64,000 bases of DNA from Stegostoma tigrinum. Lineage: Eukaryota. Every line of letters begins with the position of its first letter. Within the stretch, counting starts at the first letter, position 1. Shown here piece by piece: positions 25,019-37,149 of this stretch. Made by a program: the position numbers and the translations under genes. The notes under the pieces are model-generated. The model made no database searches. It saw nothing but the letters and a program-made list of their open reading frames with translations, and was not told the origin of the DNA. The stretch covers positions 30,920,784 through 30,984,783 of the forward strand of contig NC_081381.1 in assembly GCF_030684315.1 (NCBI RefSeq). The letters are read 5' to 3'.

Positions 25019-25182
25019 CTATCCGTGTACCCTGCAACAGTACCTGCGGGTCTGTATCCCTAACAAAGAATGTGCTACTGTGATGATTCTTCAGTTGCTG
25101 GAGGGAGTGGATCATCTAGTTCAGCATGGAATTGCACACCGAGATCTGAAGTCTGATAATATTCTGGTGGAGTTTGATTCAG
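25019..25182 (+). CDS. PINK1: PINK1 exon 5 (catalytic loop HRDLKSDN)
   Basis: cctcag|C; YPCTLQQYL...[18 protein letters not shown]; G|gtgatt; 164 nt. Confidence 0.97.
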
Positions 25183-25683
25183 GTGATTGTACACATTGAG
25201 GGGGAGCAAGGAAGAGCCTGTAAACTGTCAGTAATATTTAGATTTTTGAAAGTGCATTGAATTGTGCATGCATAAATCACTTATTCTGATAGAAGTATGA
25301 GGCATAAGCTAGCAAAATGAAATAAGAGAGGACTGGTCCAGGATTCTTTGCAGTACAAAGGTCTGGCTCAACATTTACACAATATATAATGACACAATCC
25401 CTTTGGTACGTCATGTTTTTGTTTCATTTTCTGAAAATGTGCAATGACAAGATGGAAGAGTTTGAGACATGATTTCATGTAGGTCATGGACGGCTGCAAC
25501 ATTTCTGTGATAGCTAGTATCCCTTTTCTAACATATTTTGTATTTTATCAATTTTAATTGTATGGAAAATACTTAATTTTCACTTTGTGGCATGCTAACC
25601 TCAATTGTGGAATTGCTGATTTAAGATGTACTTAGTAAGTATAAATGTAAATCTTGTAAAATTATTTTTTACACACTGTTTAG

Positions 25684-25811
25684 TTGGCTGCCCACGTTTG
25701 GTGATCACTGATTTTGGTTGCTGTCTGGCTGAAGAATCTCTCGGGTTGAAGCTTCCCTTTACCAGTAACGATGTCAACCGGGGTGGAAATATCTGCCTAA
25801 TGGCTCCTGAG
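25684..25811 (+). CDS. PINK1: PINK1 exon 6 (DFG to APE), ending at a GC donor
   Basis: tgtttag|TT; [15 protein letters not shown]...[11 protein letters not shown]; GAG|gcaagt; 128 nt. Confidence 0.95.
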
Positions 25812-25866
25812 GCAAGTGCACTTCAAACAAACAAAAAACATGTGAGGCCATTACTTGTATGCAGTT

Positions 25867-25999
25867 GTATAAAACAAAGAACTGCAAATGCTGGAGATCT
25901 GAAACAATAAAGAAATTGCATGTAAAACTCAGCAGGTCTGGCAGCATCTGTGGAAAGAAAGCAGAGTCGATGTTTCAAGTCCAGTGACTCTTCATTAGA
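25867..25999 (-). mobile_element. Short hammerhead-motif Penelope derivative with perfect 14-bp TSD in PINK1 intron 6
   Basis: acttgtatgcagtt at 25853-25866 and 26000-26013; sense strand starts tCTAATGAagagtcactggacttGAAAcATC. Confidence 0.8.
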
Positions 26000-26138
26000 A
26001 CTTGTATGCAGTTAATTTTTGTAGTGGTTGGATATATTTGTAACTGCAGTCAGAGCCACCAGTTTATTGGTGACTAAACAAGGCTGATTTGATAGTGCAT
26101 TATATCATAAATTTAATCCATACTCCTGTACTTCCCAG

Positions 26139-26375
26139 ATTTCTACAGCAATCCCTGGACCGGGAGTCATAATTGATTACAGCAAATCAGATGCCTGGTC
26201 AGTGGGCACCTTGGCCTATGAGATCCTCGGTCTTCGTAATCCATTTTATGGATATGGAGTGGATTACCTGGAAAGCTGTAACTATCAAGAGGATAAGCTG
26301 CCACCTCTGCCAAGCTCAATTCACAGAGACATGAGACTGGTGGTGAAACTTCTGTTGTGCAGAGATCCTAAGAGG
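26139..26375 (+). CDS. PINK1: PINK1 exon 7
   Basis: cttcccag|ATT; ISTAIPGPGVIIDYSKSDAWSVGTLAYEILGLRNPFY...RDPKR; AGG|gtgagt; 237 nt. Confidence 0.96.
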
Positions 26376-27658
26376 GTGAGTGCAGCACCAATAGTTGAAA
26401 CTGCTCATTGATTTGAAATTAAAAGATTCTTTTGTAAATACCCTTGGAACATCACAAGTTTCTTGTTTCGTGAACAAACAAAATTATTAGGCAGATTGTT
26501 GATCGTGCCATTGATGCTCAGAGCACTTGTGTCCTCCATAACCCCCTTTCTCCAAAAATTCCAAGTATGTAATCCACTGGAAGAAAAATAACCCAGAGCA
26601 AATGAGGAAAAAAATTCTGAAAAATAACCCCCCTCAGATTGTGGATGTGTAGCATGTTCAGCTTTATAACCCATTATTTACAAAGCCGCTAAAGAAAACA
26701 TAAGTATTTACTTGAATTTGCCAACTTAAAATGAAGCATAGGTCATATCATTGGATGTCCCTTTATTCCTGCATCAATTCTGGTCACTCACTTGGTTAGT
26801 TAATATCTCTTTGCACCTTTATAGCATCCTGCTTCTCTTCTGTTTTGCAAGCTTTTCCACTGCCATTCCTAAAAAGGATGACTTCCTGAAATACAGGTTT
26901 AGGAACAGAGTACATGCCTACTCATCACTTGTAAGCCCGAAGCAGTGAATGATGATAAACCAGTTTGAACGAACCATGTCATAGCCACCCCAAACCTGAT
27001 CCTGTTGTTGCAGCAGGGATGCTGTCGTGGCTGATCTTGAGGTTGGTTGTGGTGCTTAAATTCCTACTCTGACCGAGTAGCTGCTTTGGCATTGATATGC
27101 AAGCTTATCTGATGATTAGATCAAAGTTAATTATGTTTGGCACATGTCTCATACTGAGGGATCTGGAGAGTGGGTTTAAAAAAAAGAGTTGCAGCTCAGG
27201 ATCTACAATAATTATATTGTAAGGTGGAGCAGGCTCAATAGGCTTGTTTCAACACATGCAGTTGTACCTTCCACCCAACATGACTTCACCCAACTGTCCC
27301 TGAAAGTGAAAATGACAATTTTGAAATAAAAACAGAAAATATTGGAAATATTCAGCAGTTCAGGCAGCGACTTTGGATAGAAGTGTATAGCTAGCATTTC
27401 AAATTGATTATCTTTTAATATCTGACTTTCTACAGCAGAGGGGACCAACAAAGCTTGTAGGGAAGGATTATCTTCTGCTACGCTTCGTCTAAAGCCTCCT
27501 AAAGAATTTTCTGCCTTAATGTTTTTTCTCTCTGTTTTTATCATCTAGTACTAAGGCTGAATATTCGGTCCAATTCCTGACACAGCTGACATCAACTGTA
27601 GATTTCATTAATGGTGTAAGTTAGAAATGAACATTTTTGCTTTTCTTTCTGCTCACAG

Positions 27659-27910
27659 CGTCTGTCAGCGAGAGTAGCTGCAGACATGCTTCACCTACAC
27701 TTGTGGGGGCCAGAGCTCCTTGCCTCAGCTCCGATCACTGTGGAGAATGTTTTCAGATGGCTTCGATGCCAGACTCTGCTCACCCTCCTGCAGGTTTCGA
27801 AGAATCATAAATTACCTGTGGAGATCGAACTAAAGAGAAGCTTCTTGGCAAATCTCAGTTTTGAAGAACTAAGGCTCGGACTAGATCTGCTTCTACATGT
27901 GAAAACCTAA
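27659..27910 (+). CDS. PINK1: PINK1 exon 8 (C-terminal region, stop)
   Basis: ctcacag|CGT; RLSARVAADMLHLHLWG...ELKRSFLANL...*; spliced CDS is 1881 nt (626 aa) and in frame; several AATAAA follow (e.g. ~27929, 27991, ~28734). Confidence 0.93.
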   Translation, partial: RLSARVAADMLHLHLWGPELLASAPITVENVFRWLRCQTLLTLLQVSKNHKLPVEIELKRSFLANLSFEELRLGLDLLLHVKT

Positions 27911-29059
27911 ATGAGTTCACATCAATCAATAAAACACTCAGTTTGAAAACAGAATTTGGTGAAACCACTGCTACTAATTATGGATCTAGGAATAAAACTA
28001 TGCATTTAGTTCATAATTTAACTACATGAATAAAATTCAAAATGTCTAGAACATATCCTGCCTGAGCAGTTAATAAATACTTAATGCCATATATTACTTT
28101 TCTGACATTGAAGAGAAATAAATGACTAGATTAAATATGTTTTTTTTTGATCTGCAAGAGCTGATAAATAAGTACATGGATATTGTGGCTAATCTTGTAT
28201 TTAATCCATAAATGTGCTAAGCCTGCCAATCTGAAATGAAGGTCAGCATGCTATGACTTGTGTTTCTTGCATAACTTTGTACTGTACCTTGACCTTTAAA
28301 TCTGGAACTCAACACCTCTTGTGACCAGTAAAAGCCCAGATGAGAGTCTGAAGTCCACAGTGCATGACACTGTCAAGTTGTAAAGTGTATGAGAAGAATT
28401 AAAACAAATTATTGTGTAGTGATGGGTGACACAAAGTGTAGGTTTTCAACACATGTAGATTACCACAGCAATGGGAAAACGAGTCAGTGTAAAGAATTCC
28501 AGTTTTAGGATTTTTTTGGGGAGAAATAAATTTGTGGCTATAGGAAGTATTAATCCTGTGGGCCTACTTTGTTTATCATCTGCAGGTTCCATTTCTGGAA
28601 AAGGTCTTGGAAATAACTGGAACATTTTTCTGCAGCTTGTGTTTATCTTACAGTTACATTTAGGTACTGAGCTATCTAACTAGTCATTCACATTGATGCA
28701 CAGATATATTTTCAGTCTGTTTAAAGCTACATAAATAAACAGTATCACCTGAAATTTGAACCTTTGATTTTTTTTTTCATTTACATTGACTTGTTTTTGC
28801 TGTTCTATAAATCATTAATACCCAGCACTCTGATCTCTCATGAATCAACATCAGCCATTAAAGTTTGAAAGAATCATTTCGACTCAAAATGTTAATTCTG
28901 TTTCTCTCTCTATAGATATTAACAGACTTGCTGAGGTTCTCCAGCACTTTGTTTTTTTTTCAGTAATTCAAATATGTTTTTCAGGTGTGACATAAACTTC
29001 AAAAATACTGTCAGGATGATCCTTCACAACATTAGAAGTTTGTTATCATTTAATGTTCC

Positions 29060-29755
29060 AACGATAAGGTGAAACACACAAGATTCTGGAGGGACAGTGT
29101 AGATACCGCTAGGCTGTTATCTCTGGCTAGGGAATCTAGAACATGGGTACAATCTCAAGATGAGGTGGTCATTTAGTTCTGAGATGAGAAATTTCTTCAC
29201 TCAATGGGTTGTGAATATCTAAAATTTTTAGCCTCAAGGAGTTGTGGATGCACCATGGTGCATCTCAACTTTCATTACATTAAGATGTTTGGTCTTGGAA
29301 TTCAGGGATTATAGGAACTGAGCACGAAAGTGGTGTTGAAGCTGGATGTGAGCTTTGATCATATTCGAGTTATAGAGAAGCACAGCACAGAAACAGACAC
29401 TTTGATCCACCTCATCCACGCTGACCAGATATCCTAAATAAATCCATTTGATTGCCAGCATTTGGCGATATCCTTCTAAATCTTTTCTACTCATCTACCC
29501 GTCCAGCTGTCTTTTAAATTTTGTTATTGTTCCAGCCTCCACCACTCCCTCTGGAAGCTTATTCAATACACACATCACCCTTTATGTGAAAATGTGTCCC
29601 TTAGGTCCCTTTTAAATCTTTCCACTCTCAAACTAAACCTATGTCCTCTAATTTTGGACTTTCCCACCTTGGCGAAAAGACCTTGTCTATTTACCCAATC
29701 CTTGTTCCTCATGATTTTATAAACCTCTATGAGGTCAACCTCAGTCTCTGATCAG
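29060..29755. mobile_element. Two CR1 3' fragments in opposite orientations
   Basis: A plus-strand CR1 C-terminal remnant (~29060-29360) abuts a minus-strand CR1 3' end (~29370-29755). Confidence 0.7.
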
Positions 29756-30454
29756 TAGATATACAGTGCCATCCTGAAAATTCCCCCCCAACTCAACACT
29801 GTCATCTAATATACTACCTCTACACATCCAGCACTCAACAGAGCATGGGAGAATTTAAATAGGATAAGTGGATTGGGCTAAGCAAGTTGGATGGGATGAG
29901 TCTCATTTGGAGCTTAATCACCGGTTTGCATGTTTGCCATGCATGACACGGCTCTGTGCAATGTACTCTATGTAGAAATTGATTGGAAAAATGGGGATAA
30001 GTTACTTCAGGGATGTAAGTGACCTAATCTCACACCCTATTAACCACTATCTGTATGAGGTTAGTGGAAAAACAATTGTTTTATGTACAGATATCTCACA
30101 CCACCTTACAAAGCTGAGGCAAAAACTTTGTTGAAAAGATGGATCTTGAGAATGAATGCAGTGGAGGAAGTGACATTGTGGAGATATGAAAGCCACAGAA
30201 ACATTTCAAAATAAAAATGTTGAATTCAGACCTATGGAACATAAGGAGCTTAAAAGATTTCAGGGTATGAAGTTTGAAAGGTGAAATTTAACTGTTGTAG
30301 AAAAAAGCCACCTAAGCAGTAAAAACAATGAGAAAATTCTGAAAGGGATTTTGATGGTGGGTGTTTAAGTCAAGATGTTAAATAAGTAGAGGCTACATCA
30401 GAACATAAGAGCAAGAGAAGACCATGAAAGTCCTTAAGCCTACTTCACCATTTG

Positions 30455-30702
30455 TGACTTTCAGTCGATCTTTCAAAAGATCAGAAGTTGATGGAGGGTG
30501 CCTGCGTATTCTCTTTGCCTGGTCCCTATGTTCCAGGTGGTAGTCAACTCAGCTGATTCACTTCCCATTATAGCTGAATCAGCTATCATGGCAAATGGAC
30601 TGGTTGATTTGGTCACCACCTGGAACACTGGGTCCAGGCCAGGAAGATATACAAGCACCCTCCTTCAACTTCTGATCTTTCTAAAGATCAACTGTTAAGT
30701 CA
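30455..30702. repeat. ~250-bp imperfect palindrome (MITE or fold-back element)
   Basis: aaagatcagaagttgatggagggtgc...ttccaggtggt mirrors accacctggaa...gcaccctccttcaacttctgatcttt around the centre atagctgaatcagctat. Confidence 0.85.
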
Positions 30703-31572
30703 AGAATGCATGGCATGATCTTGGGATATTGATGTAAATGTGCAATAGTGATTGTTACAGTATAAGTAACAAATATGGGAGAATATGCAGTGAAAATGCA
30801 TTGATGGATGGTTCCTGGGCATGTACATCTATTTGACAAAAAATTATTGTCTCCTGGAAGACTAAAAAAAACAGCTGAAATGATACGGTATACAGTAGAT
30901 GTTAGGTACACATTACACGTAGAGAAACTGACTTTAAAACCATGAAAGTGGTCGTAACAAAAAGGAGATAAAATTAAAATAAAAAGAGTGATTTGCTGTT
31001 AGGTCAAAATGTAAGCGATGAAGGGGTGTGAACTTGGAGGAGGGAGGATTATGGTGAGCTGATTGTCAGCCATCATATGACATGCGATTACCTCAACTTC
31101 AATGTTGGAATGGGACATGTACCCAGTGTACAAATCAGTTTGTAAAATCGTCTGATTTATGTTTATACAGGCTCACTCAGTGGGTTACTATGTAAGAATA
31201 GTGGTAAGGAAAAGCCAGGGAATTATTAGACCAGTGAGCTTGACATCAGGGGTGGGCAACTTTGTTGGAGGGAATCTTGAGGAACAGGATTTACGTGTAA
31301 ATGGAAAGGCAAGGACTGATTAAGGATAGTCAACATGACTTTGTGTGTGGGAAATCATGTCTCACTAATTTAATTGCATTTTTTGAAGTAATGAAGAGGA
31401 CTGATGAGGGCAGAGCGGTGGAAGTGACCTATATGGACTTCAGTAAGGCACTCGACAAGGCTCCTCATGGTAGACTGGTCAGCAAGGTTAGATCACATTG
31501 GAATACAGGGAAAACTAATCAATTGGATACAAAACTGGTTCAAAAATAGAAGACAGAGGGTGGTGGTGGAAG

Positions 31573-32030
31573 TAATAATGGGAACTGCAGATGCTGGAGA
31601 ATCCAAGATAACAAAGTATGGAGCTGGATGAACATAGCAGGCCAAGCAGCATCTCAGGAGCACAAAAGCTGAAGTTTTGGGCCTAGACCCTTCATCAGAG
31701 AGGGGGATGGGGAGAGGGAACTGGAATAAAAAGGGAGAGATGGGGAGGCGGACCGAAGATGGAGAGAAAACAAGATAGGTAGAGAGGAGAGTATAGGTGA
31801 GGAGGTGGGGAGGGGATAGGTCAGTCCAGGGAAGATGGACAGGTCAAGGAGGCAGGATGAGGTAGTAGGTAGGAAATTGAGGTTCGGCTTGAGGTGGGAG
31901 GAAGGGATGGGTGAGAGGAAGAACAGGTGAGGGAAGCAGAGACAGGCTGGGCTGGTTTTGGGATGCAGTGGGGGGAGGGGACGAGCTAGGCTGGTTTTGG
32001 GATGCAGTGGGGGAAAGGGAGATTTTGAAT
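31573..32030 (-). mobile_element. Penelope-like element 3' region with hammerhead motif, inserted in CR1
   Basis: Reverse complement of the 3' part of the 5581 and 17912 elements; CTGATGAagggtctaggccc at 31698 going leftward. Confidence 0.85.
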
Positions 32031-33274
32031 TTTCAGACTGGAGGCCTGCGACCAGCAGTGTGCCAGATGGGTTGGTGCTTTTCATACTTTATATATATTA
32101 TTTGGATGTGAACATGGGAGGTATTGATAGTAAGTTTGCAGATGACACTAAAATTGGAAGTATTAGTGGACAACTGGTATGCCATAGGGACGAGTGCTGT
32201 GGCCACATTTATTTACAAATTACTTGGATGAAGAAAGTGAATGTACTACAGCAAGCATTGCAGATGACACAAAAATGATGCAAATAGTTTGCAGATGGAT
32301 ATAAATGGGTTAAGCAAGTGGGCAAAAGCTTGGCAGATAGAATATAATGTGAAATGTGAGGTTACACACTTTAGTAAAAAGAACAGAGGAGCTAAATTAT
32401 TTAGAACTGTGAAGAAAACTACAGAATAGAGGAATTTGGGAGTGTCAAAAAGCAAGCATTCAAGTTCATTGGATAATAGGGAATGTAAGAGGAATATTGA
32501 CCTTTATTTCAAGGTAAAAAGACTTTTTTCCCAGGGTGGAAATGACTATTACGTGGGAGTATAATTTTAAGGAACTTGGAGGAAGGTAAAGGGGAGATGT
32601 CAGAGGTAGGTTCTTTACACAGAGAGCGGTGGGCGTGTGGAATGCGCTTCCGGCAATGGTAGTGGAGTCAGTTGGTTTAGAGGCTTTTAAGCGACTCTTG
32701 GAAAAGCACATGGAGGATAGTAAAATGTAGAGTATTCAGGGTAGTTTGATCTCAGTAGGATAATAGGTTGGCACAACATCGTGGGCTGACGGGCTTTACT
32801 GCGCTGTATTGTTCTATGTTCTAATGTAAAAGTGGGAAGGATTTGTTAAATCTATCCAAGGCACCGTTCAAACCACAGCCAGAATATTGTGCACAATTTT
32901 GGGCCCACGTCTAAGGAAAGATGCACAAACACTGGTGGCAATCCAAAGAGGGCTCACTCGGCTGATACCAGTTACAGAGGGACTGTTTTATGAGGCAAAG
33001 TTTGGACCTGTACTTACTGAAACAAACAAGAATGAGAGGTTACCGCATTGAAACATACAAGATTCCTAGGGGACTTGAAAGGGCAGATGTTGGAAGGTTG
33101 TTTCCCCTTGTGGGAGAATCTAAGACATGAGGGCACAATCTCAGACTAATGGATTGAATGCTTGAATCAGAGATTAAGAGGAATTTATTCTCGCAGAGGG
33201 CAGTTAATTTGTGGAATTTCTCGAGGCTGAATCATTAAGTGCACTCAAGGCTGAGGTAGATAGATTTTTAATCA

Positions 33275-33403
33275 AATAAAAAAAGAAGCTGTGAATGTTG
33301 ATGATCTGAAACAAGAGTAGAGAATTCTGGAGATAATCAGCAGGTCTGTAAGCAGCTGTGGAGAGTGAACAGGTTAACATTTCGTGTCCAGTGACCCTTC
33401 TTC
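33275..33403 (-). mobile_element. Short hammerhead-motif Penelope derivative with 13-bp TSD
   Basis: agatttttaatca at 33262-33274 and 33404-33416; sense strand CTGAAGAagggtcactggacacGAAAtgTTA. Confidence 0.8.
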
Positions 33404-34934
33404 AGATTTTTAATCAGTAAGGAATCAAGAGTTATGGGGAAAAAAGGCAGAAAAGTGGAGTTGAGGATATCAGACCATCAATGATCTTATTGAATGGCAG
33501 TGCAGACACAGTAGGTTGAATGGCATAATTCTGCTCTTGTGGCATATGGTTTATGATTTGCTTATGCTGGATGTTTTGCAATGGTTTAAATACATCTTCT
33601 TTGGTCATCAAGTCCTGGAGAGGGATGTAAGACTGGACCTTCTTGCTGAGAGGCAAGGAAGCAATCCTCTGCATCTTAAGACCTGCTCTTGCTACAATTA
33701 TCCTGTGTAATTTTGTTTCATAGGGAAAATAGAAGATAATCTGAATCATTGAAACATAATTCAATTTATAAGGACAATTGGAAGTTGTTACTTATTTGAA
33801 AATAAACAGCCAAGAAAATATTCGCTCTTCTTATCCCGGAATTATTTAGATGCTTCAGGGAACAAATGCATTGCCCACCAAGCTGTACAAAGCAGGATAG
33901 TCTTAGGTTCGATCTTAGTCTTTGTCATGTTAGGTGGTTTCAGAGCTGCAGCTGACAAGTGGCAATGCTCATCAATATCCCTGGAGTGTAGAAGCAAATA
34001 TCAAACACGGTTTGTGTTCCCAATCATTATCCAGTGACCCCCAACTTAAAAGCAGTCATGGCAAAGACATGAAGATGACAATGGGCTCAGGTATGAGTAT
34101 GACGCTTCCTGTAACAAAATACTCTGATGGTCACCGAGTAACCTGTTCGTGAAGAGTAACCAGTTTGATGTAGAATAAGAATGTGTTCATCTTTATGGAA
34201 CTCAACTGCATGAAGGACCAGTACCTTCTGGACAAAAAAAACTTACAAATTTGAATTACTTCTTTAAAAAATCATTCACAGGACAGGGGCATTGCTGGCT
34301 GCGCCAACACTTCTTGCCCAGGAGAACGTGGCAGCCATTTCAGTTCATGTGTTGTTAGAGCACCACGGTGCTTTTAGGGAGGGGTTTCCAGAATTTATGA
34401 CCCAGGAACAGCAAAGGAAGGGTGACCTAATTCCAAATCAGGATGGTGTGAAGATTGGAGGTCCAGAGACAATTTTAGCCAAACTGTCATAAGGCAGCTG
34501 CTGCAAAATATCTGCTTCCACTAGCCAGACTGTGAAAGCCTTTGGTTTAGGGTGTTATATAGTAAGGGGATATGATCAGCTGACACAGTTATAACGATTG
34601 TTGCAATCACAGAGAAAAACATTTTCAATTCAGGTAGATGTCTTTAGGAGAGAGAAGGACCAGTAGCAGTTTGACGGTGAGTTTGTGACATTGCCACCTG
34701 AAGGTAAGTCTGTTTTGCTGCTTCCCTGGGCAGAGTGAAGCGAGGTCACGAAGAACAGGAGGGAGACAAATCAGACAAAGCTGGGATATAAAAAGCTTCA
34801 GAGTGACATTGGCAGGTGCATTGGGGTGGGTCACCAGTGTCAGATTGGAAATGGGAAGTTGATGGCTCCAAATAAAAAAAGAGAAAATCCACTTTAAATA
34901 AACTCCGAGGCCTGAGTAGACTTGCTACATACAG

Positions 34935-35015
34935 GCAAAATTGACGTACGTGAATAGTTCAAGGGTGCTGTAATTGGTCTCCCGTTGTGTCCTCCACTAG
35001 CGGAGGCGGAGCTGT
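34935..35015 (+). promoter_or_regulatory. Putative AGMAT proximal promoter
   Basis: CRE-like ttgacgta (34941), ATTGG (~34974) and GC-box-like ggaggcggag (~35003), 100-170 bp before the ATG. Confidence 0.4.
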
Positions 35016-35107
35016 GGCTGGTTCATTCATCCATGAAACTTTGACCGGGGCAGAGTTCGCCTGTACTTTGTAAAGCTCCAGAGGGATTTCTAACTTCTTT
35101 GGTAAGA

Positions 35108-35364
35108 ATGGAGTGGGTTCTCTTGCGCTGTTTGCCCTCTTTGCTGCGGCCAGAGTATCGCTATGCTCAGTTTCTGCAGACTGTGTCCCGCTGCAGCTCC
35201 TCCTCGTCTCGGTTTAATGTGCCACCAAGCGCCGCTGAGATCGCTCGGCCGGTTGGAATTTGCTCCATGATGCGCCTGCCCACACAGGACTCTTCACAGG
35301 GCCTGGATGCCGCTTTTGTTGGAGTTCCTCTAGACATTGGCACCTCGAACAGGCCCGGAGCCAG
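35108..35364 (+). CDS. AGMAT: AGMAT exon 1 (agmatinase / guanidino acid hydrolase, mitochondrial)
   Basis: MEWVLLRC...FNVPPSAAEIARPVGICSMMRLP...LDAAFVGVPLDIGTSNRPGAR; AG|gtagga. Confidence 0.93.
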
Positions 35365-35904
35365 GTAGGATACAAGCCAATAGACAATCAATCATTCAGT
35401 CACTAATTGAGGGTATGCCAAACGGAATAAATATGCTCAGGTTTAATGAACAGGTTTAGTGCTAATGTCTGAATGTTACGGTCTGAACAGCACAACCCCA
35501 TTTGCGAAAATGGTATTTTTCCCCCCCGCTTCACCTTCGACCTCCCTTGGAAGGTTGTGAATTTGTTCTGTCTACGTGGAGATATCAGCTAAAGGGCTGG
35601 GAAAAGCAACTTATGTCACTCCATGAAAAAAAATTACATAACATATATTTGCAAGGGAGTCTAATTAATGGCATAAGAAGAGGAAATGCTGGTATAATTC
35701 AATGGGTGTCTCTGCCACCTTTAGATACTCTGCCACAGCAAATTAAGAACAAAAGGAAAATTGCCAATTGATAAAACAACTCACATCCTGTCTTCTTTTC
35801 ACTTGACGGATGGATGCAAAGTGAACACCAAGGCTTAAGCACTTAAGAATGATTCTCATCTGGGATTCTTCGATGATGATCAAGAGCTGCTGAGCAATTG
35901 TTGT

Positions 35905-36270
35905 GGGAAGCAATGGGTTAATGGTATTATTGCTGGACTGTTAATCTGGAGACCTAGGTAACATCCCGGCTACCTGGTTTTGAATCCTGCAATGGCAGAT
36001 GGTGGAATTTGAATTTATTAAATATCTGGAATTAAGAATCTAATGATGACCGTAAACCCTGACCATAGATTGTCAGGGGGAAAAAAGACCCATCTGGCTC
36101 ACTTATGTCCTTGAGGGAAGAAAACTGCTATCCTTATCTGGTTTGGCATACATGTGACTCCCGATCTACAGCAAAGTGGTTGACTCTGAACTGCCCTCTC
36201 ACTAATTAGAGATGGGCAGTAAATGCTGCCTGGTCAGTGATGCCCTCATTCTGTGAATGAATTTTTTAAA
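35905..36270 (+). mobile_element. tRNA-headed Deu-domain-like SINE
   Basis: Same family as 11150-11505; ends gtgaatgaatttttt-aaaa. Confidence 0.75.
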
Positions 36271-36406
36271 AAAAATCTTATGGTTTAAAGATCAAATTGG
36301 CAAAATCAAATTCCAAGGTTTTACATTGCCTGGGGGATTCTGTTTCACAGTGTCATTATATTGAGAATGAGGGAGGGAAATCTTTCAATTCTATTTTTCC
36401 ATTTAG

Positions 36407-36609
36407 ATTTGGACCCAGGCATATCAGAGCTGAGTCGGCCATGGTCAGAGCCTATAATGGTGGCACCAGGGCAGCCCCTTTTGAATCTCTTATGGTGGCT
36501 GATATTGGTGATATCAACGTGAATCTTTATGACCTGAAGGACAGCTGCAGGATGATCAGGAAAGCTTTCAAGAAGATTGTGTCCACAGGCTGCATACCTT
36601 TGACACTGG
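36407..36609 (+). CDS. AGMAT: AGMAT exon 2
   Basis: atttag|A; FGPRHIRAESAMVR...VADIGDINVNLYDLKDSC...GCIPLTL; G|gtatgg; 203 nt. Confidence 0.96.
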
Positions 36610-36754
36610 GTATGGTTTTACCTTCGTAGGCTAACGGCTCTTTGGGATGAATAGAAGAGAAAATGGAATAATATTCAGAAGACTAGATCAAAACAGAATT
36701 TTAAATCTTTCTGTACTGCAGGTGAAAAGTACTAATTATGTCTGTTGTGCCTAG

Positions 36755-36803
36755 GTGGTGACCACACGATAACATATCCCATATTGCAGACAATGGCAGA
36801 AAA
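36755..36803 (+). CDS. AGMAT: AGMAT exon 3 (GGDH motif)
   Basis: gcctag|GT GGT GAC CAC ACG ATA ACA TAT CCC...; AA|gtaagt; 49 nt. Confidence 0.95.
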
Positions 36804-37149
36804 GTAAGTCTTGTTTTGTCTTGTTATTGCTCATTTTGATGATAATTGCTGCATTCAACTAAAGGTGAGAGGCTGTTTATCCAAACTGTCTTGCAACTGT
36901 CCTGGGAGAGCTTAATGAGACGGTATGGAGGTCTCATTGCCTGAAAGTGTGCCACTTGGTCACTTGAATGGGTTGGGGTGGGGGAGGCTATAAACATGTT
37001 CCATATGGTGCTGGTGTGTCGAGTTGCAAATTTTGATTACCAGCAAAATCTACCCTTTTTAAAGTAAATTCTTACAGAAGATACAGCTGAATTTTCAACA
37101 TCATTTTGCCCTTGAATTTTGCCCCCTCTCCTTTCCTGAATGCTGTAAG

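Larger units (their letters stand above)
31200..33540 (+). mobile_element. Cluster of nested CR1 LINE fragments
   Basis: QHDFVCGKSCLTNLIAFF...YMDFSKALDKAPH, SKFADDTKIG and two CR1 3' ends; interrupted by Penelope pieces at 31573-32030 and 33275-33403. Confidence 0.85.
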
